64,000 nucleotides of DNA from the human T2T-CHM13v2.0 reference genome, Homo sapiens, in NCBI RefSeq assembly GCF_009914755.1, contig NC_060932.1; one strand, 5' to 3'. Both the position numbers and the translations under genes were made by a program. Shown in pieces: positions 1 to 14,443 of this stretch. Numbering within the stretch: the stretch's first letter is position 1; each line of letters opens with the position of its first letter. Below the pieces are notes generated by a model. It made no database searches and was not told the DNA's origin. It saw nothing but the letters and a program-made list of their open reading frames with translations.

Positions 1-524
1 CCTGGAATGGACAGAAGAAGCTATGAAATCCAGGGACCATAAATAAAATATACTATATAGTTAGTGGCCTATCTTTGTTAAGAGTAAACTTTTTTTTTCA
101 GTTTTGAGAAAGAATCAAGGGACTAAATAAAACAAGTTGATCAGAGTTTTGATCCAAAATAATTACAAACTGAAAGAAGTCTCTGAGAATTCAAGAAGAA
201 AGAAATCACAAACCTCCAGTGAAGCCTAAGGAATATCTTTGACATTCATAAAAATAAACTACAAAAATTCATACAATTCATACAAAAAAACTGTTTTTTT
301 GGAAATAAAGAAAATACATTTTATCTAAAACTGTGTATTTCACATGTAAGAGTAATAAAGAAATAAAAATGGGAAAACCAAAATGTAATCTAAATACATA
401 AATTTTATAAAACTGCTGTATGAATAGAAAATGAAATAAAGCTTATATGAATAGAGAATGGAAAAAAAATACAATGACTACCCATGTGTGTTATTATTGT
501 TATACTAGAAAAGTTCAAATAAAG

Positions 525-723
525 AATGTAGTGTACATTTCAGAATTGCTGAGAGTAACTCTCAAATGTCTCACCACAAAAATTGATGGGTAAATGAGGT
601 GACAGATATGTTAATTAGCTTGATATAATCATTACACTTTGTATGCATATATCAAAACATCACCTTGTACCCCATAAATATATATAATTATGGTTTGTCA
701 ATTAAAAATATGAATAATAAAAA
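525..723 (+). mobile_element. Old L1 (L1MA-type) 3' end fragment
   Basis: L1M 3' UTR motifs 'gatatgttaattagcttgat...caccttgtaccccataaatatatataattat' followed by an A-rich tail. Confidence 0.75.
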
Positions 724-1335
724 AGCTTGTGCTCGCAAGCTTATCTTGTGGATTTATTAGTAATAAAGCACTACTATATGCCAGTCATGAAGTCAAATGC
801 CAACTGGTCCAAAGTCATCAATACTATTATGAAATTCTATGGAATTCAATGTATCATTGGTTCCACATAATCTCCCATCTTCAAAGTGTTTCTGCAAATG
901 CCTATTTTTTGGATAAGTAATCAGTTAAGGCTGAAAGGTAGACTGTGGAGATATGATTTCAGAAGTAAGTCAGTTTGAGACCCCAGGAATGTAAGGGATT
1001 GCTGTGTGTAGTAGTGTTTGCAGACCATTGAAATTGATTATTTCCTATATGTATTTATATGAATTATTTGGAGTACATATATTCATGCATATATGTTGTT
1101 AATAATAAAATTCAGCATACTGAATATACAATTAATAATATATTGGTGATTAATTATTAATCTATTATATTATATATATATTTATTTAAATTGTCCACCT
1201 AAGTAGAACAGACAGTGGTATCAAAATCAAGAACATGGCAGAGTTTTAATGGGTGAAATATATAGTTTAGATGTTTCTATATTATCTAATAAAGCATGTC
1301 TTACTGGAAGTTCTATGGTGGCTTTTTAACTAGAG

Positions 1336-1543
1336 CAGAGGTAGACAATTTTTTTCTTCAAGGGTCATGTAGTAAATAGAATTAGGACTTGGAAAAAGGC
1401 AAAATCTGGATGATTATATTACCTTTTGATAACATTGTTTAAAATGTCACCACTTAAAAATGAAAAATGAAAACCAAGTTATGCCTATACAAAACGGGAA
1501 GCAAGCTGAATTTAGCCAGTAGTCCATGGTTTTCTAACCTGTG
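1336..1543. mobile_element. MER58-like hAT-Charlie DNA transposon remnant
   Basis: Ends resemble MER58 termini: 'cagaggtagacaattttttt...aagggtcatgtagtaaata' and 'gaatttagccagtagtccatggttttctaacctgtg'. Confidence 0.55.
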
Positions 1544-3243
1544 ATCCAAACCACAGAAAGACTGTCTATATCAATAACAATTATTCATATTAGATATACA
1601 TGGATTTTCTCAATCATAGAAATCTCAGCTATTTTTTTCCACTATGCTTTCATGAAATATTTTCTACCTCTGTTTCTATGTAAGCATACGAAGTATTATT
1701 TCTCTACATAATTGGGATGGCCATACATACTGGTTTTTCTGCATCACTATCAATCTATGAATATTATACTGCATTATTATTAATAGCAGCATCTTTCTCA
1801 AATATTACCATATTTAGATGATAAATTACACAGAAGTTATTTACAATGAGCATCATTTTGTTTCAGTTATTTTATATAGGTCATGTGTGTTTTACTTTTA
1901 TGTTTCATTGTCTCAAAATTACTAATAGATGCCTTAATATATATAATTTAATAGATTTCAACCCATTAATCTATAAGAACATAATTAACATAGTCAGCTT
2001 CACATCTGTCAAACCACTCTTTTATTCTGTCTGTACCGTTTTGATTCCTGTCAAATCCACCAGCACTGCCTTACATGCTATCTTTATGCTCCAGATTGGA
2101 AACTGTTATTCCATCTCTCAGAATTTTCTTCATAGACGGTGATTGATTCCTCCCCTGTTATTATAAAGTCCTTTTCACTTAGCTGACAGGTTACTAAAGA
2201 AAGCATGGAGAATTTCCACCCATACCAGTTAAAGACAAACGATAAAAGAAGAACAAAGAATTTTCAGGCAAAGTAACTGTATGTACAAAGGCCTTGAAGC
2301 AGAAATAAATCTGGTGTTTCAGAAAAGTCATATAATTAGGGCATGATTTCCTAGATAGTCAATTTGACCAAATATATTGCTTTCTTTTTCTGAAAGTGAT
2401 AACTACATTATAAAAAACTAGGCAACAATGCCACTTTATACCTTTTTTTAGCATATGAATTAACACACATTTATATATATGTTGGTATTTGCAATTTTTT
2501 ATTTGCAGTCCTTGTTTTATCTGTTGGATGATAATTTTCTCCATCAATGTCTTACATGTTAAAATAGCTATGTGTTATTGTAAGACATTTTGGACAAGGC
2601 GGGCCACTACTAAAATTGTATTGTTATGCATCGGTTCTTGTTTTATGCACATAAAAATAAATTTAGAGAAAGTGGGTAAAATTAGTGTTAATTTAACTTA
2701 GCTTAACATTCTAAAAAAAAAAAAAAGCTATCCTACTCAGGAAAGGTATTTATAATGCTCAAAGGTAACAGGTTGTTGCTATATGCTGTGCCTCCAAATA
2801 AACCAAAGGATGAAAAAATATATATCAACTGGTGCAATGTTAATTACTTTTCAACATAACCATCAGTGTAAGAGGACAATCATCTTTTACTTAGTTAGTT
2901 AAATCTGCAGAAGAGAAAAGCATCATTTGGTTCCAGGACATTGGTTATATTGTATGAATGAAAGCTACTCATAATGTGCATTTTATACTAAAACATTTAT
3001 GAATACAGATTTCCTAGAAAGTGAATATCATAATTTAAAATATAACCTAGGGAAAATATCAACATTATTTTCAAGCCTACATGGACTGTTTAATAAAATG
3101 AATATTTGAAAACTATGGCTGTGCAATACTATTGGCATTACATTATTGGGCTCCTGATCCTCAAGCCTTAAAAATCTTAACATTTAATACATGATCTATC
3201 TGTGGAGTCTAGCATCTTAGACATAGCTTAAATACATCAACTG

Positions 3244-3540
3244 TCTTCTCTTGCCTAATTACTCTGGCTAGGGTTTCCAGTACTATGTAAAATAGGAGTG
3301 GTCAAAGTGGCATCATTTCCTTGTTCCAGTTCTTAGATGGAATGCTTTCAACTTTTTCCCATTCAGAATGATGTTGGCTATGTATTTGTAATATATAGCC
3401 TTTATTATTTTGAGGTATGTTCATTCTATGCCTAGTTTGTTGAGAATTTTTATTATGAAGGGATGTTGAATTTAACAAATGCTTTTTCTGTGTCTATTGA
3501 GATGGTCATATGAATTTCTCCTTAAAACTCTTGATGTGAT
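3244..3540 (-). mobile_element. Inverted 5' segment of a twin-primed L1 (ORF2 RT region)
   Basis: Reverse complement reads as L1 ORF2 ('...catagtactggaaaccctagccagagtaattaggcaagagaaga'), the part of L1 just upstream of where the + strand segment starts. Confidence 0.85.
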
Positions 3541-3890
3541 TGGAAAAGAGTAAGTCAAATGATCCCTGTTTGCTGATGATATGATATCTAGAAAACCCTA
3601 AAGACTCCAACAAAAAACTCTTAGTTTGATAAATGGATTCAGTAAACTTTCAAAATATCATTTTATATACCAATATTGACCCAGCTTAGAACCCAATCAA
3701 GAAGGCAACTCCGTTTACTATAGCCACAAAAAAATAAAATACCTAAGAATATATTTAACCAAGGAGGTAGAAGATCTCTACAAGGAAGACTACAAAACAA
3801 TGATGGAAGAAATTATAGACGATGCAAACAAATGAAAAATTGTCTCATGCTTATGGATCAGAGAATTAATAGCATTAACATGACCATTCT

Positions 3891-4046
3891 GGCTAGGCAT
3901 GGTAGCTGACACCTCTAATCCCAGCAGTTTGGGATGCTGAGGAGGGCAGATCACTTGATCCCAGGAGTTCAAGACTAGCCTGGTCAACATGGCAAAACTT
4001 CCTCTCTATTTTTTAAATTATAAATTTAAAAAATAAATAAATAAAA
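3891..4046 (+). mobile_element. Alu left monomer (FLAM/AluJ-like) inserted in L1
   Basis: 'ggctaggcatggtagctgacacctctaatcccagc...ggagttcaagactagcctggtcaacatgg' followed by an A-rich tail; degenerate TSD atgaccatt/atgaacatt. Confidence 0.85.
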
Positions 4047-5095
4047 TGAACATTTACCCAAAGCAATCTACAGTTTCAATGCAATTCCTATCAAACTACC
4101 AACATCATTTTTCACAGAATTAGAAAAAAAGTCCTAAATCTTATGAGGATCCAAAACAAACCACAAATAGCCAGAGAAATTCTAAGTAGAAAGAAAAAAG
4201 CTCAAGGCATCACATTATCTTACTTAAAATTATACTACAAGGTTATAATGACCAAAATACCATGGTACTATTATAAAAATAGACATATGTATAGGTCAAT
4301 AGAATAGAATAGCGAACCCAGAAATAAAGCCATCTATCCACCGCCAACAAATCTCTGACAAAGTTGAAAAGAACATGTACTGGGGAAAGGACACTGTTTT
4401 CAATAAATGATTCTGGACAAATTGGATGGCTATATGCAGAAAAATGAAACTAGATCAACTCAAAAATCAACTCAAGATGAATTAAATACTTAAATGTAAG
4501 ACCTGAACCTATTAAAATACTAGAAGCAAACTTAGGGAAAACTCTTCTGTACATTGGTCTAGGCAAAGAATTCATGACTTAAGAACCTCAAAACGTAAGC
4601 AACAAAAACAAAAGTAGACAAATGTCACTTAATTCAACTGAGAAGCTTCTGCACAGAAAAATAAACAATCAACAGAGTGAGCACACAGCCTAAAGAATGA
4701 AAGACATTTTTTTCAAAATATGCATTTGACAGGGGACGCATCCAAAATTTATAAGGAATTCGACTCAACACCACCACCAAAGCAAATAACCCCATTAAAA
4801 AGTGGGCTCAAAATGTGAATAGTCAGTTTTCAAAAGAAGACATACAAATGGCCAGCAAACATATAAAAAAGCTCAACATTACTAATTATCAGAGAAATGC
4901 AAATTAAAAACCGCAATGAGTTATCATCTTACACTAGTTAGAATGGCTTTTATTAAAAAGACAAAAAATAACAGATGTTGGCAAGGATATGGAGAAAATA
5001 AAACCCTTGTACTCTATTGGTAGAAATATAAATTAGTACCACATCTATGGAAAACATATAAAGATTTCTCAAAGAATTAAAATTGCAGCTATGTT

Positions 5096-5415
5096 TGTAT
5101 TACTCCATTTTCACACTGCTGATAAAGACATACCTGAGACTGGGCAATATACAAAAGAAAGAGGTTTAATGGACTTACTGTTTCACAAAGCTGGGGAGGC
5201 CTTATAATCATGGCAGAAGGCAAAGAGAGAGAGAACTCATGCAGGAAAACTCCTCTTTATAAAATGATCAGATGTCGTGAGACTTAGTCACTATCATGAG
5301 AAAAGCACGGGAAAAACTTCCACCCATGATTCAATTATCTCCCACCCCAGGTCCCTCTTACAATGCTTGGAAATTTAAGATGAGATTTGGGTGGGAACAC
5401 AGCCAAACCATATCA
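5096..5415 (-). mobile_element. THE1 (MaLR) solo LTR inserted in L1
   Basis: TG...CA ends; reverse complement begins 'tgatatggtttggctgtgttcccacccaaatctcatc'; 5-bp TSD atgtt/atatt. Confidence 0.9.
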
Positions 5416-6258
5416 ATATTCAATCCAGCAATCCCACTACTGAATATCTACCCAAAGGAAAAGAAACAATTATATAAAAAATACATCTGCACTTGTATGT
5501 TCATCGCAGCATAATTAATAATAACAAAGATATGGAACTAATTTAAGTGTCCATTGGTGGATGATTGGATAAACAAAATGTGGTATGTATACACAATGGA
5601 CTATTATTCAGCCATAACAAAGAATGAAATCATGTTTTTTAAAACAACATGGATGAAAATGAGAGCCACTACGTAAGTGAAAAAATTCAGACAAATACCA
5701 CATGCTCTCAATTTTAAGTAGAGCTAATAATATATATACATGGACATACACCGTGGAATGATAGATACTGGGGATACAGAGGGCGGGGGGATGGGAGTGT
5801 AGTAGATGATGAAAAATTACTTAACGGGTACAATGTACATTAGTTCAGTGATGAAATCACTAAAAGCTGAGACTTCACCACTATGTGATATATCCATGTA
5901 ACAAAATTACACTTGTACCCCTGAAATTTATACCAAAAATGCCAACTATAAAAGGATAAAGCAAATAATTTTGTTGCTTAAATGTTTGTCTGAGTGTACC
6001 TGAGAAGGGTGCCTGCTGTCCAGGAATCCCATTTGTTAAGCGTTCATTACCAAGCTTATCCGAGCAGAGACTACAGGAATCCTAGTCATCTTAAACCAGT
6101 CATGTTAAAGTATGAGTTCATTACCTCTTTCCTTTAATTTTAAGTTTATACAAGTATGCTTCCATGTATTCTCTTTGGTTTTGTGGTTGGTATATCCATT
6201 TATTATTCAATGAACAAATATCTGTAAAGGACCAAAACCTGATTGACATATGTTTATA

Positions 6259-6795
6259 TGTCTTAGTTTGGATTTCATCATAAGGAGATCCTGAGACAAG
6301 ACTATGAGTACAAGTACTTTACTGGGGAGGTGAATTCAAGGAATACTGAGTGGGAGTGAAGAAGTAGTGGAGAGAAAGGAGGCCAGCTAATAAAAAGTAT
6401 GGATTCATTAACATTAACAATTCAAAAATAAGACATTAAAAATATATATGTTTAGCGACAGGTTTGTGTCCATGGGTAATTGGGCTCAATGCTACTTAAT
6501 TGAGATTATCTGAACAACTTTGTGAAACCTATTTTCAGAATATATGCCACACACTTGTGCCTCTGAGGGATGAGAAAAATAGGGAAATTATTTATCAATT
6601 CTTTTCTCTCATTGATGAATCCTCAAAACATTAATTTGTTTGCACTCTCAGGCTACCCCCCTCTGTGGGCGGAATAGCTTCCACAGCCAGAGGACCCACA
6701 GGCAGAGAGATGAAGAAGCCATTTTTCATATACAGAAAATGTCTGAAAATGCCCTCCCGAGGGAATGTGGGCAGTTAACACAACAGATGATAGTA
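6259..6795. mobile_element. Old ERVL-class LTR (LTR16/LTR33-like)
   Basis: 'tgtcttagtttggattt...gagatcctgagacaagactatgagtacaagtactttactggggaggtg' resembles an ERVL LTR terminus; subfamily uncertain. Confidence 0.45.
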
Positions 6796-9151
6796 CAGAA
6801 ATTACCTGTTCAGTTATCATGGGGGCTTAAAAATTAAATCACCTGGGCATAAATGTTTTAACTTATTATTTTTCTAATAACATTTTAAACACTATTTTAT
6901 TGTAGCAATTTTGAAAACCTAGAATATAGTATATGGTTTAAAAAACACTAAAAGCACATAAACACCACCACCCAGGAACATCTAGTAATAAAATATGTCT
7001 ACACACACACAAACACATACACATATAAAATTCTATTTTACAATAATTTTTACCATTTTGCTTTCTTCTAGTCTCCTATTCTGTAAATTCATATGCAACC
7101 ACTTACACTTATCCTGTTTTGTATTTAAGATAATATTTTAATTAACCTATTCCTAATGTTTCTAAGTATTTCATAACAATATTTATCAGAATATTTACAT
7201 AAGTTCCATCTACTCTAGTTATCATACATAATGAGAGTTGGTGTATGGTAGATACACCGTTTGGCAAAAGAACTTAAAATTATTTAAACAGAAGGTATCT
7301 AACTTTTTGAAAACTTTTACATATAATGCATATTCATTGTAGCAATTTTGAAAATCTCAGAAAATATTAAATATGTCAAAATCACATAAAACTAAACCAC
7401 CCAGAAATAATGAATTATGCCATAAACATTCAATTCTATAAAGGGTGCAATAATCATTTTTGCCATTTTATTTTACTCTGCTATTACATAAATATTCACG
7501 TATATGTTCGTATTTTAATTTGTAAGATGATGTTTTTTAAAACCTCACATGCAATGTTTCAGTTTTTTAGTAATCACTTTTTCTCAGAAAAATTGTGTAA
7601 GTCCCATTTCTATTAATCACCAGCTTTTGAGTTCATAAATTATATATACTCACACACAGAAATATACAAACACTATTGTCACCACCACGAGAAAACACAT
7701 GGGTTTGTCTTTTTTCTTCCAAACTAATTTAGAACTCATTTTTGGCACTTTTATACATTTCATTTAATATATTTCCTGTCAAAATGTTGTTATTTTCAGA
7801 ATATATGCCACATACTTTTATATGTCTATATAGGGAATAATTTTTTTTGGAATAGGAATCTGCTTTCATGGCAATTGATACATATATGTATTTACACACA
7901 TGTAAAATTTGCCTAAAATCAATAATTAGGTTTTCTTGATACATTAATAAATGACTGATTCAGGGTAGGGAAAGGATCTCTATTCAGCAATGTTGCTTCA
8001 AATACAGTAGAATAAACAAATAATTAGCTGAAAAGATGTTAAATCAAAAACTTATATTCAATCCACACTAAACATCAAATTAACCCAATCTAAGACTCAC
8101 AATTCATAAACTGCGTAGTGAGCATACACACACACACAGACACATAAGCACACACACACAGTCGCTAATGTCCAACTTTCCCATTCTACCCCAACTCACT
8201 AGCTATAGAATTACTCAATTTATAGTTCAAATGTTGGATTTCGATAAAAAAATTGTTCTTGTTTGGGGAGCTAAATTAATTTGAAGAATCTTAGCTTTTA
8301 AAAGACTTTCTATGCATTATTACTTCTTTTTAGTTTACAAATGCATAATTTGTGAACTCCATTATTTCATATATGAAACACTAATGGAAAATTTCAAAGC
8401 CAAAGCAAATATTTTCAAAGTATTTTAAAGAGAACCCAATTTTTTAAAAAAGGAGGATTAAAATCACAAAGTATACTTTTTGTTGATAAAATGGATATAT
8501 TTTTAGGCCACTGCCAGCTGTATTACTGGCTGAGGGCTATATACCATATTTTCTCACAGTGAAAAGATTTAAGTTGGTGGAGGAAACTGAAGAACCTTCA
8601 GGCATAGTCACTGTTTACGTAATTATAATAGGTTTATGACTACTATCAGTAATTTCCTACTTTAAATAATCTTTACAGAGAGAAATGGCTTCCAGAATAT
8701 ATGCATACCAAGTGCAAATCTGAAAAAAAATTTTCTGTGAAACTTATAAACTTATAGTATACTAAGAATGAAACAAATTTCAAAAGTTATTGAAAAATAA
8801 ACAAAACAAAAACAAACCAACATCACTCCATGAAATAAAAATAAGTTTCCTAAAAAAAAAAAAATACATGGTTATGTTCGGATCCCTAGTTTTTGAAAAA
8901 ATGTTATTAAAATTATATCAATTATAAATGTAACCCTGTTTCCACAAAAAAACCTGAAATGTCTATACATTTTCTATATCAGTCAATATTATGAAGCTTT
9001 TAAAAATGGAATTTACTGTAAAACTTTAAATAATCAAAACAAGGAAGAACTATGTCCCAAGACTATTTTTGTTATTTTAGTGCAAAATAAAAAGTAAGGA
9101 AATCATAGTACAATAAAAGAATGTGAGCATTTTCCTTGGAGGTAATATAAT

Positions 9152-9474
9152 TGTATTAATCAGTGTGGACTGATATAACAAAGATATCATAGACTTGGCA
9201 GCTGTAACAAGCATATCTCACATTTCTGGAGGCTGCTAACTACAAGACCAGCGCACTGGCAGTTCTGATGATTGATGAGGGCTCCATTTCCTGGTTCATA
9301 GATGACAATTTCTAGCAGTATCTTCACTTAGCTGAACTGGCCGGGGGCTTTCTGGGATCTCTTTTATAAGGTCACTAATTACCTCCTAAAAGTGTCACTT
9401 CCAAATACCATCATATTGGGTATTAGGTTTCAAAATATGAATTTTGCAGGAACGAAAACATTCAGTTTCTGGCA
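9152..9474 (-). mobile_element. MLT1A/B-like MaLR solo LTR
   Basis: 'tctcacatttctggaggctg', 'cttttataaggtcactaat', 'ttaggtttcaaaatatgaatttt...aacattcag'; TG...CA ends. Confidence 0.75.
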
Positions 9475-10721
9475 ATATTGAAACTTTTAATGATAAAGGA
9501 AAAAGCTCAAGGAGGCCTGAGATTTAGTTCTGCTTGGCCTGACCTATGACTAATTTAGTCTAGGAGTAAACAGTTAGGAATATATACAAGTTTATCATAC
9601 CATGATATATGGTCGGAATGATTGACAGGTGGTTTCCAGAAGAGTTAGGAAGTGCCAGGACAGTAAAAATAGCTATTGAGAAAAGAGGACCAAAGCTTCT
9701 CAAAAGTTCTGATAATACTTTATAACCTCTGGCCATATTTTCAGCACTGTGGAGCAATGTAGAAATTTTAGAGCTAGTAAAGCTGTGTCTCTGCCTAAAA
9801 ACTACATTTAATCTCTATTCTTTGAAGCTGCCTTGGAGCAGATAAGCTTCTATGTCCTTTAAATTAAAGAAACTTAAGTTATTCCTTATTTGTGTCAACT
9901 ATCTTTCAACTCACCACCATTATCCTATCACAGTCATACATATTCTACAGTAGATATGTAATTTTATCACACTGCTACTGTATCTTTATTGTTATATATC
10001 ATCTCATCACATTCTATTTTATGCTTTTTGAATTTTTGTCTTTTAATACTCTTTTGACTAGCATAAACTGTTTTGAATATAAGAGGCCTGAACTTAACTT
10101 TGTTTTACCATTTCCTTAAACCTTTTAAAATACTTCTTGCTGATTCAGATTTCTCAAACTCTGTAACAGAAAACGAGTTTAATTTTGGTTTCAAATATTT
10201 CTATATTTGGCACTTCAAATTACAATCCCTGTTTCTTTTGTTCTTCTATTTTGTTCATCAACCACTTATTTTTTCTTTTGCTTTCATTGTTTTGTTTTTC
10301 TTTTTTTATACTGAGATGTTTTAAAAAGATGATAATGACATTAATTTTATAATTACCTGCACTGACCATTTTACATTAGATCATGTCTTGAGTTGGTAAG
10401 AAGGAAAAATATTTAATGGTAACAATTAGTAATAATAATGTGATTATTACATTGATCAGTGAAATTTCATAGAGTATGTTTTATTTGCATTACACAATAA
10501 TAAGTTAAAAATATATTAGTGTCTTATTTTAAAAAAGAAGAGATACAAGGTCAAAATATGTAAGTAGTTTTTCCAAAATCAAAATGGATAGACAATTATG
10601 TGGCTAATTCTGGAACCTAAATATAAGTCTTCTAACTTCATGCTAAGACTGTTTCACCTGCATGTACTCCTTTTCCTAAAAAAGTACAGGCTCTCAGAGG
10701 GATATAAAAATTGTTTCGATT

Positions 10722-11038
10722 GGCCGGGTGCAGTGGCTCATGCCTGTAATCTCAGCACTTTCGGATGCCAAGGTGAGAGGATCATGAAGTCAAGAGATTG
10801 AGATCATCCTGGCCAACATGGTGAAACCCCGTCTCTACTAAAAATATAAAAATTAGCTGGGCATGGTGGAGTGCACCTGTAGTCCCAGCTACTCAAGAGG
10901 TTGAGGAAGGAGAATCACTTGAACTCAGGGAGGTGGAGGTGGCAGTCAGCTGAGATCATGCTACTGCATTCTAGCCTGGCAACAGAGGGAGACTCCATCT
11001 AAAACAAACAAACAAACAAAAAACAAAACAAACAAAAA
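10722..11038 (+). mobile_element. AluS (AluSc-like) with (AAAC)n tail
   Basis: Full dimeric Alu; 'gtcaagagattgagatcatcctggcc'; TSD aaaaattgtt on both sides. Confidence 0.95.
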
Positions 11039-14000
11039 ATTGTTACAAAATGTGAAACAAAATAAACTTGATTTGAGAGTGATTATATATTTAGTTTAGA
11101 ACTTTGATCTTTGTAGGCAATGAGTTAAAATAGTACTATCACTTTCTTTGTATAATTTGGGCATTCAATTAGATCTTGAAATGTTTTGCTCAGTTATCTC
11201 TAAAATAAATGAATAAAAAATAGTGGGAACTGGTATAAGAATATAAAAATAAATATAAAATATACAAATCTTTGTTTTAATTTTTTGTGGCAAAATATAA
11301 GCCTTTGCCAAGTTTTTATTGTTTATTCAGTTAGTTAATTACAAATATTTTAAAACTTTAAAAAATATTCTTTATTTCCTACAAGAATAAAGTGCATGCA
11401 TGTAGACATGTTATCATCACTACTAGATTATCGTTACAAATAAGAAAGAAATTTTAAAATTTCCAGTGAACCACTCCTTCTCCATGTTTTTCAGTGGGAA
11501 CTCAAATCTCGGCTTCAATTAGATCTACTTTTATATTTTTCCCAATAGGGTAAAATTTAATTCGTATACACTACAGGTTATATTTTAAAACATACCATGT
11601 GTGATAATTCTGTTTCCAACATGAACATTATGCTGACATTGCATTTCTAAAGTGAGTGATTCCTGACACAAGGAGACATCCTAGGCTACTGACCTAGAAA
11701 AAGCTGGCTCTTCTTCAGCCAGTTTCGTTTCTCTCAGCTACTAAGAAAAAAACACAAATTCAGATGCTATTAATAGCCAGATTCTAAAATCTACCCTGTC
11801 ATTGTAATATCTATTTAAGCCTCTCAAGTCTCCCAGATTAATGGAAGCCATTGAGCAGAGATCTACTACTGGGTCCTGTATTGGAAAGTGTTGGGTTTCT
11901 TTGTCAAACACCAATGGCATGAAAAATCTTGATAATAAAAAGTCATGAATATACCTTATTAATTTAATTTATATATATTGTGATGATTGTAATTGCAAGT
12001 AGGATAGCATAATTCAGTTATGAATTGTTTGAGAAGCTATATTTATAAATGTAGTTTCTAAAATTATGAACAGGAAGAAAAGTATGACTTACAGGTAACT
12101 AACAACGGTTTAGCACCATGAACTGTAAATTTAAATCATTTGGCCCCTTTATAATAAAATTAAAACACTTCTTGATACACAATATTTTTAAAAACCAAGA
12201 AACTGAAATTAACTCTAATATTAATTTGTGTTTTAATTTTTGTAATGATATGTTACAATTTAAAATTGTTTTATAGAGAAATTTTATATTTATTCAATTG
12301 TGTTTCATTCTGTTCAAGATTTTATAATAATTAATATGTTTCTCATTTGGAACAAGATGAAATAATTCAATAAACCATATTTGTTATAAAAATAAACTCA
12401 AAATTAATCTTAAACGCTCTTTTTAATAATTCAAACTATGAAAAGTTTTACTACTGCTTTGATGTACTTAGTAACATAAAATATTTTGTGTATTAAAACA
12501 AATAAATAGAATAGAATAATAGCCACAGAGAAGATTAAAATTATTAAGCATAAATATTTCAAATAAGGAACTTATAGAAAAAGTAAATACCCACATCTCT
12601 TTTGCAACTAGTGCTCCCAAACATAAGACAATTAATTTAAAACATATCTACCTCTGCGCATTTAAAACAATGAAATAAACATGTCTTTTCAAATTCTATT
12701 TGTAAATATTGCAAGCATTAAATTATTCTAAAGTTTAGGTTGTATTGGTTAATATTTAAGTATCATCTGCATTTAATCAAGTCAATATATATCTGTATTT
12801 ATTAAGAGTCTGTTTTACATGCAAACACTGGCTAAATATAGAGAAACTGAAGCAGTAGAACTAAGTCAACTAACAGACGTGTATGTATATGTGTGCGCGC
12901 ACATGTGTGTGTGTTTTACATCTTCAAGAGCCACACAATACTGCTGGAAAACAAAACTGAACACATAAAAAGAGAAATTATATGTGAAGTTATAAAACAC
13001 TTCTGCAGAAGCAACACAAATATTTCAAAATATTGCAAATATGCTAGAATACGTCTTAAGAATTGTTATGATCAGAAAGAGTTAAAGCCACATTCATATT
13101 TAAAATGTTGAGATTACTTCCCTTGAATTTAATTTATTATGCTGTGCCCATGACTTCCACTTGATACTTGACATTTCCTTCTTTCTTTCCCAATCTGAGC
13201 TTTCAGCTGAACCGCAAAGAATGAACACAGTAGAAGTCCTTGTCAGGAACTAAGTTCAATGACACAGCAGAGAATTCAATTTCCTGTTGTGGCTTAGAGG
13301 CCAAGGGCATGATCAGTTTATTTCCAAAGGGTCAACTTTGTATGGGTGTCCTTTGAGTGACGTGGCCTGAATGCAGAAACTTCTTGTCTGATTTCTCAGT
13401 CTCACTATACACTTAAAAGAAAATGGAAGCGAAAGTATCTCTCATGCTTACTACCTAGGTTGACTCTTTTCAAAATACTCCGATCTTGTCACATTCAATG
13501 TATCTATATTGAGTTCTTTAAGAGGCAGCTGTAATATTTTAATCAAGATCAAATGCCAATTCTTCAGCACTGTTTCTATTTTATTATGCTAACTTCTAAA
13601 ATCAAGCCCTACTTAGAAAAATTAGTTGTAAACCAAGATAAGTTAGCTGGGTGAGGAGTAGATACATTAGTGCTTCACCCAAGATACTAGTACGTATTCA
13701 CAGAAGGAGTAGATAATGGTGTCTAAAGCATCAAAAGTTTGGAGATGGCCAAGTAAACTGGATTATTTTCTTTCTGTCTTTTTTACTTGGAAACTAATGT
13801 TAATAAGAAAACTTTCAGTACACATCTCATAATGAAAGCCAGATTGCACAGAACTGAACAGTGAGTGTGATCTGAGAAGTGCTGACAGTGCATAAATCTA
13901 CTCTTAAAAATTTTAAATTGGAAGGTGATGATATATAGTAAGCAATTGTTAGGGTCAAAGGTAGTTATTTTATTTTACTTTTTAAGCTAGCATAGGCTTG

Positions 14001-14207
14001 AATCTATGTTTATAGTGTTCAATGAGCCCATGGAGAGAAAAACAATGAAGAAGAAAGAACATTATTTATGAAAATAGATTTCTGAGTATATGGATGTGGT
14101 TAAAGTTTCCATTGAGAGAGTGACTTTGAAAAGGTAGAGAAAAATAATGTTTATTAATGATTAAAGTGAGGTAAATTTGAGCTGTATTGTTAAAAGGTGG
14201 GAGAGTA

Positions 14208-14443
14208 TAGGTGGGAATTGAACAATGAGAACACATGGACACAGGAAGGGGAATATCACATTCCGGGGACTGTTGTGGGGTGGGGGGAGGGGGAAGGGAT
14301 AGCATTAGGAGATATACCTAATGCTAAATGACGAGTTAATGGGTGCAGCACACCAACATGGCACATGTATACACATGTAACAAACCTACACATTGTGCAC
14401 AGGTACCCTAAAACTTAAAGTATAATAATAATAAAATAAAATA
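14208..14443 (+). mobile_element. Heavily 5'-truncated L1PA (3' UTR only)
   Basis: L1PA 3' UTR with G-rich tract and poly(A); perfect 16-bp TSD aaaaggtgggagagta (14192-14207, 14444-14459). Confidence 0.95.

Larger units (their letters stand above)
3539..5940 (+). mobile_element. L1PB-like LINE-1, 3' half of ORF2 plus 3' UTR, degenerate, interrupted by an Alu monomer and THE1
   Basis: 'ttggaaaagagtaagtcaaatgatccctgtttgctgatgatatg' (FADD region) through 3' UTR 'cacttgtacccctgaaatttatacc'. Confidence 0.9.
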
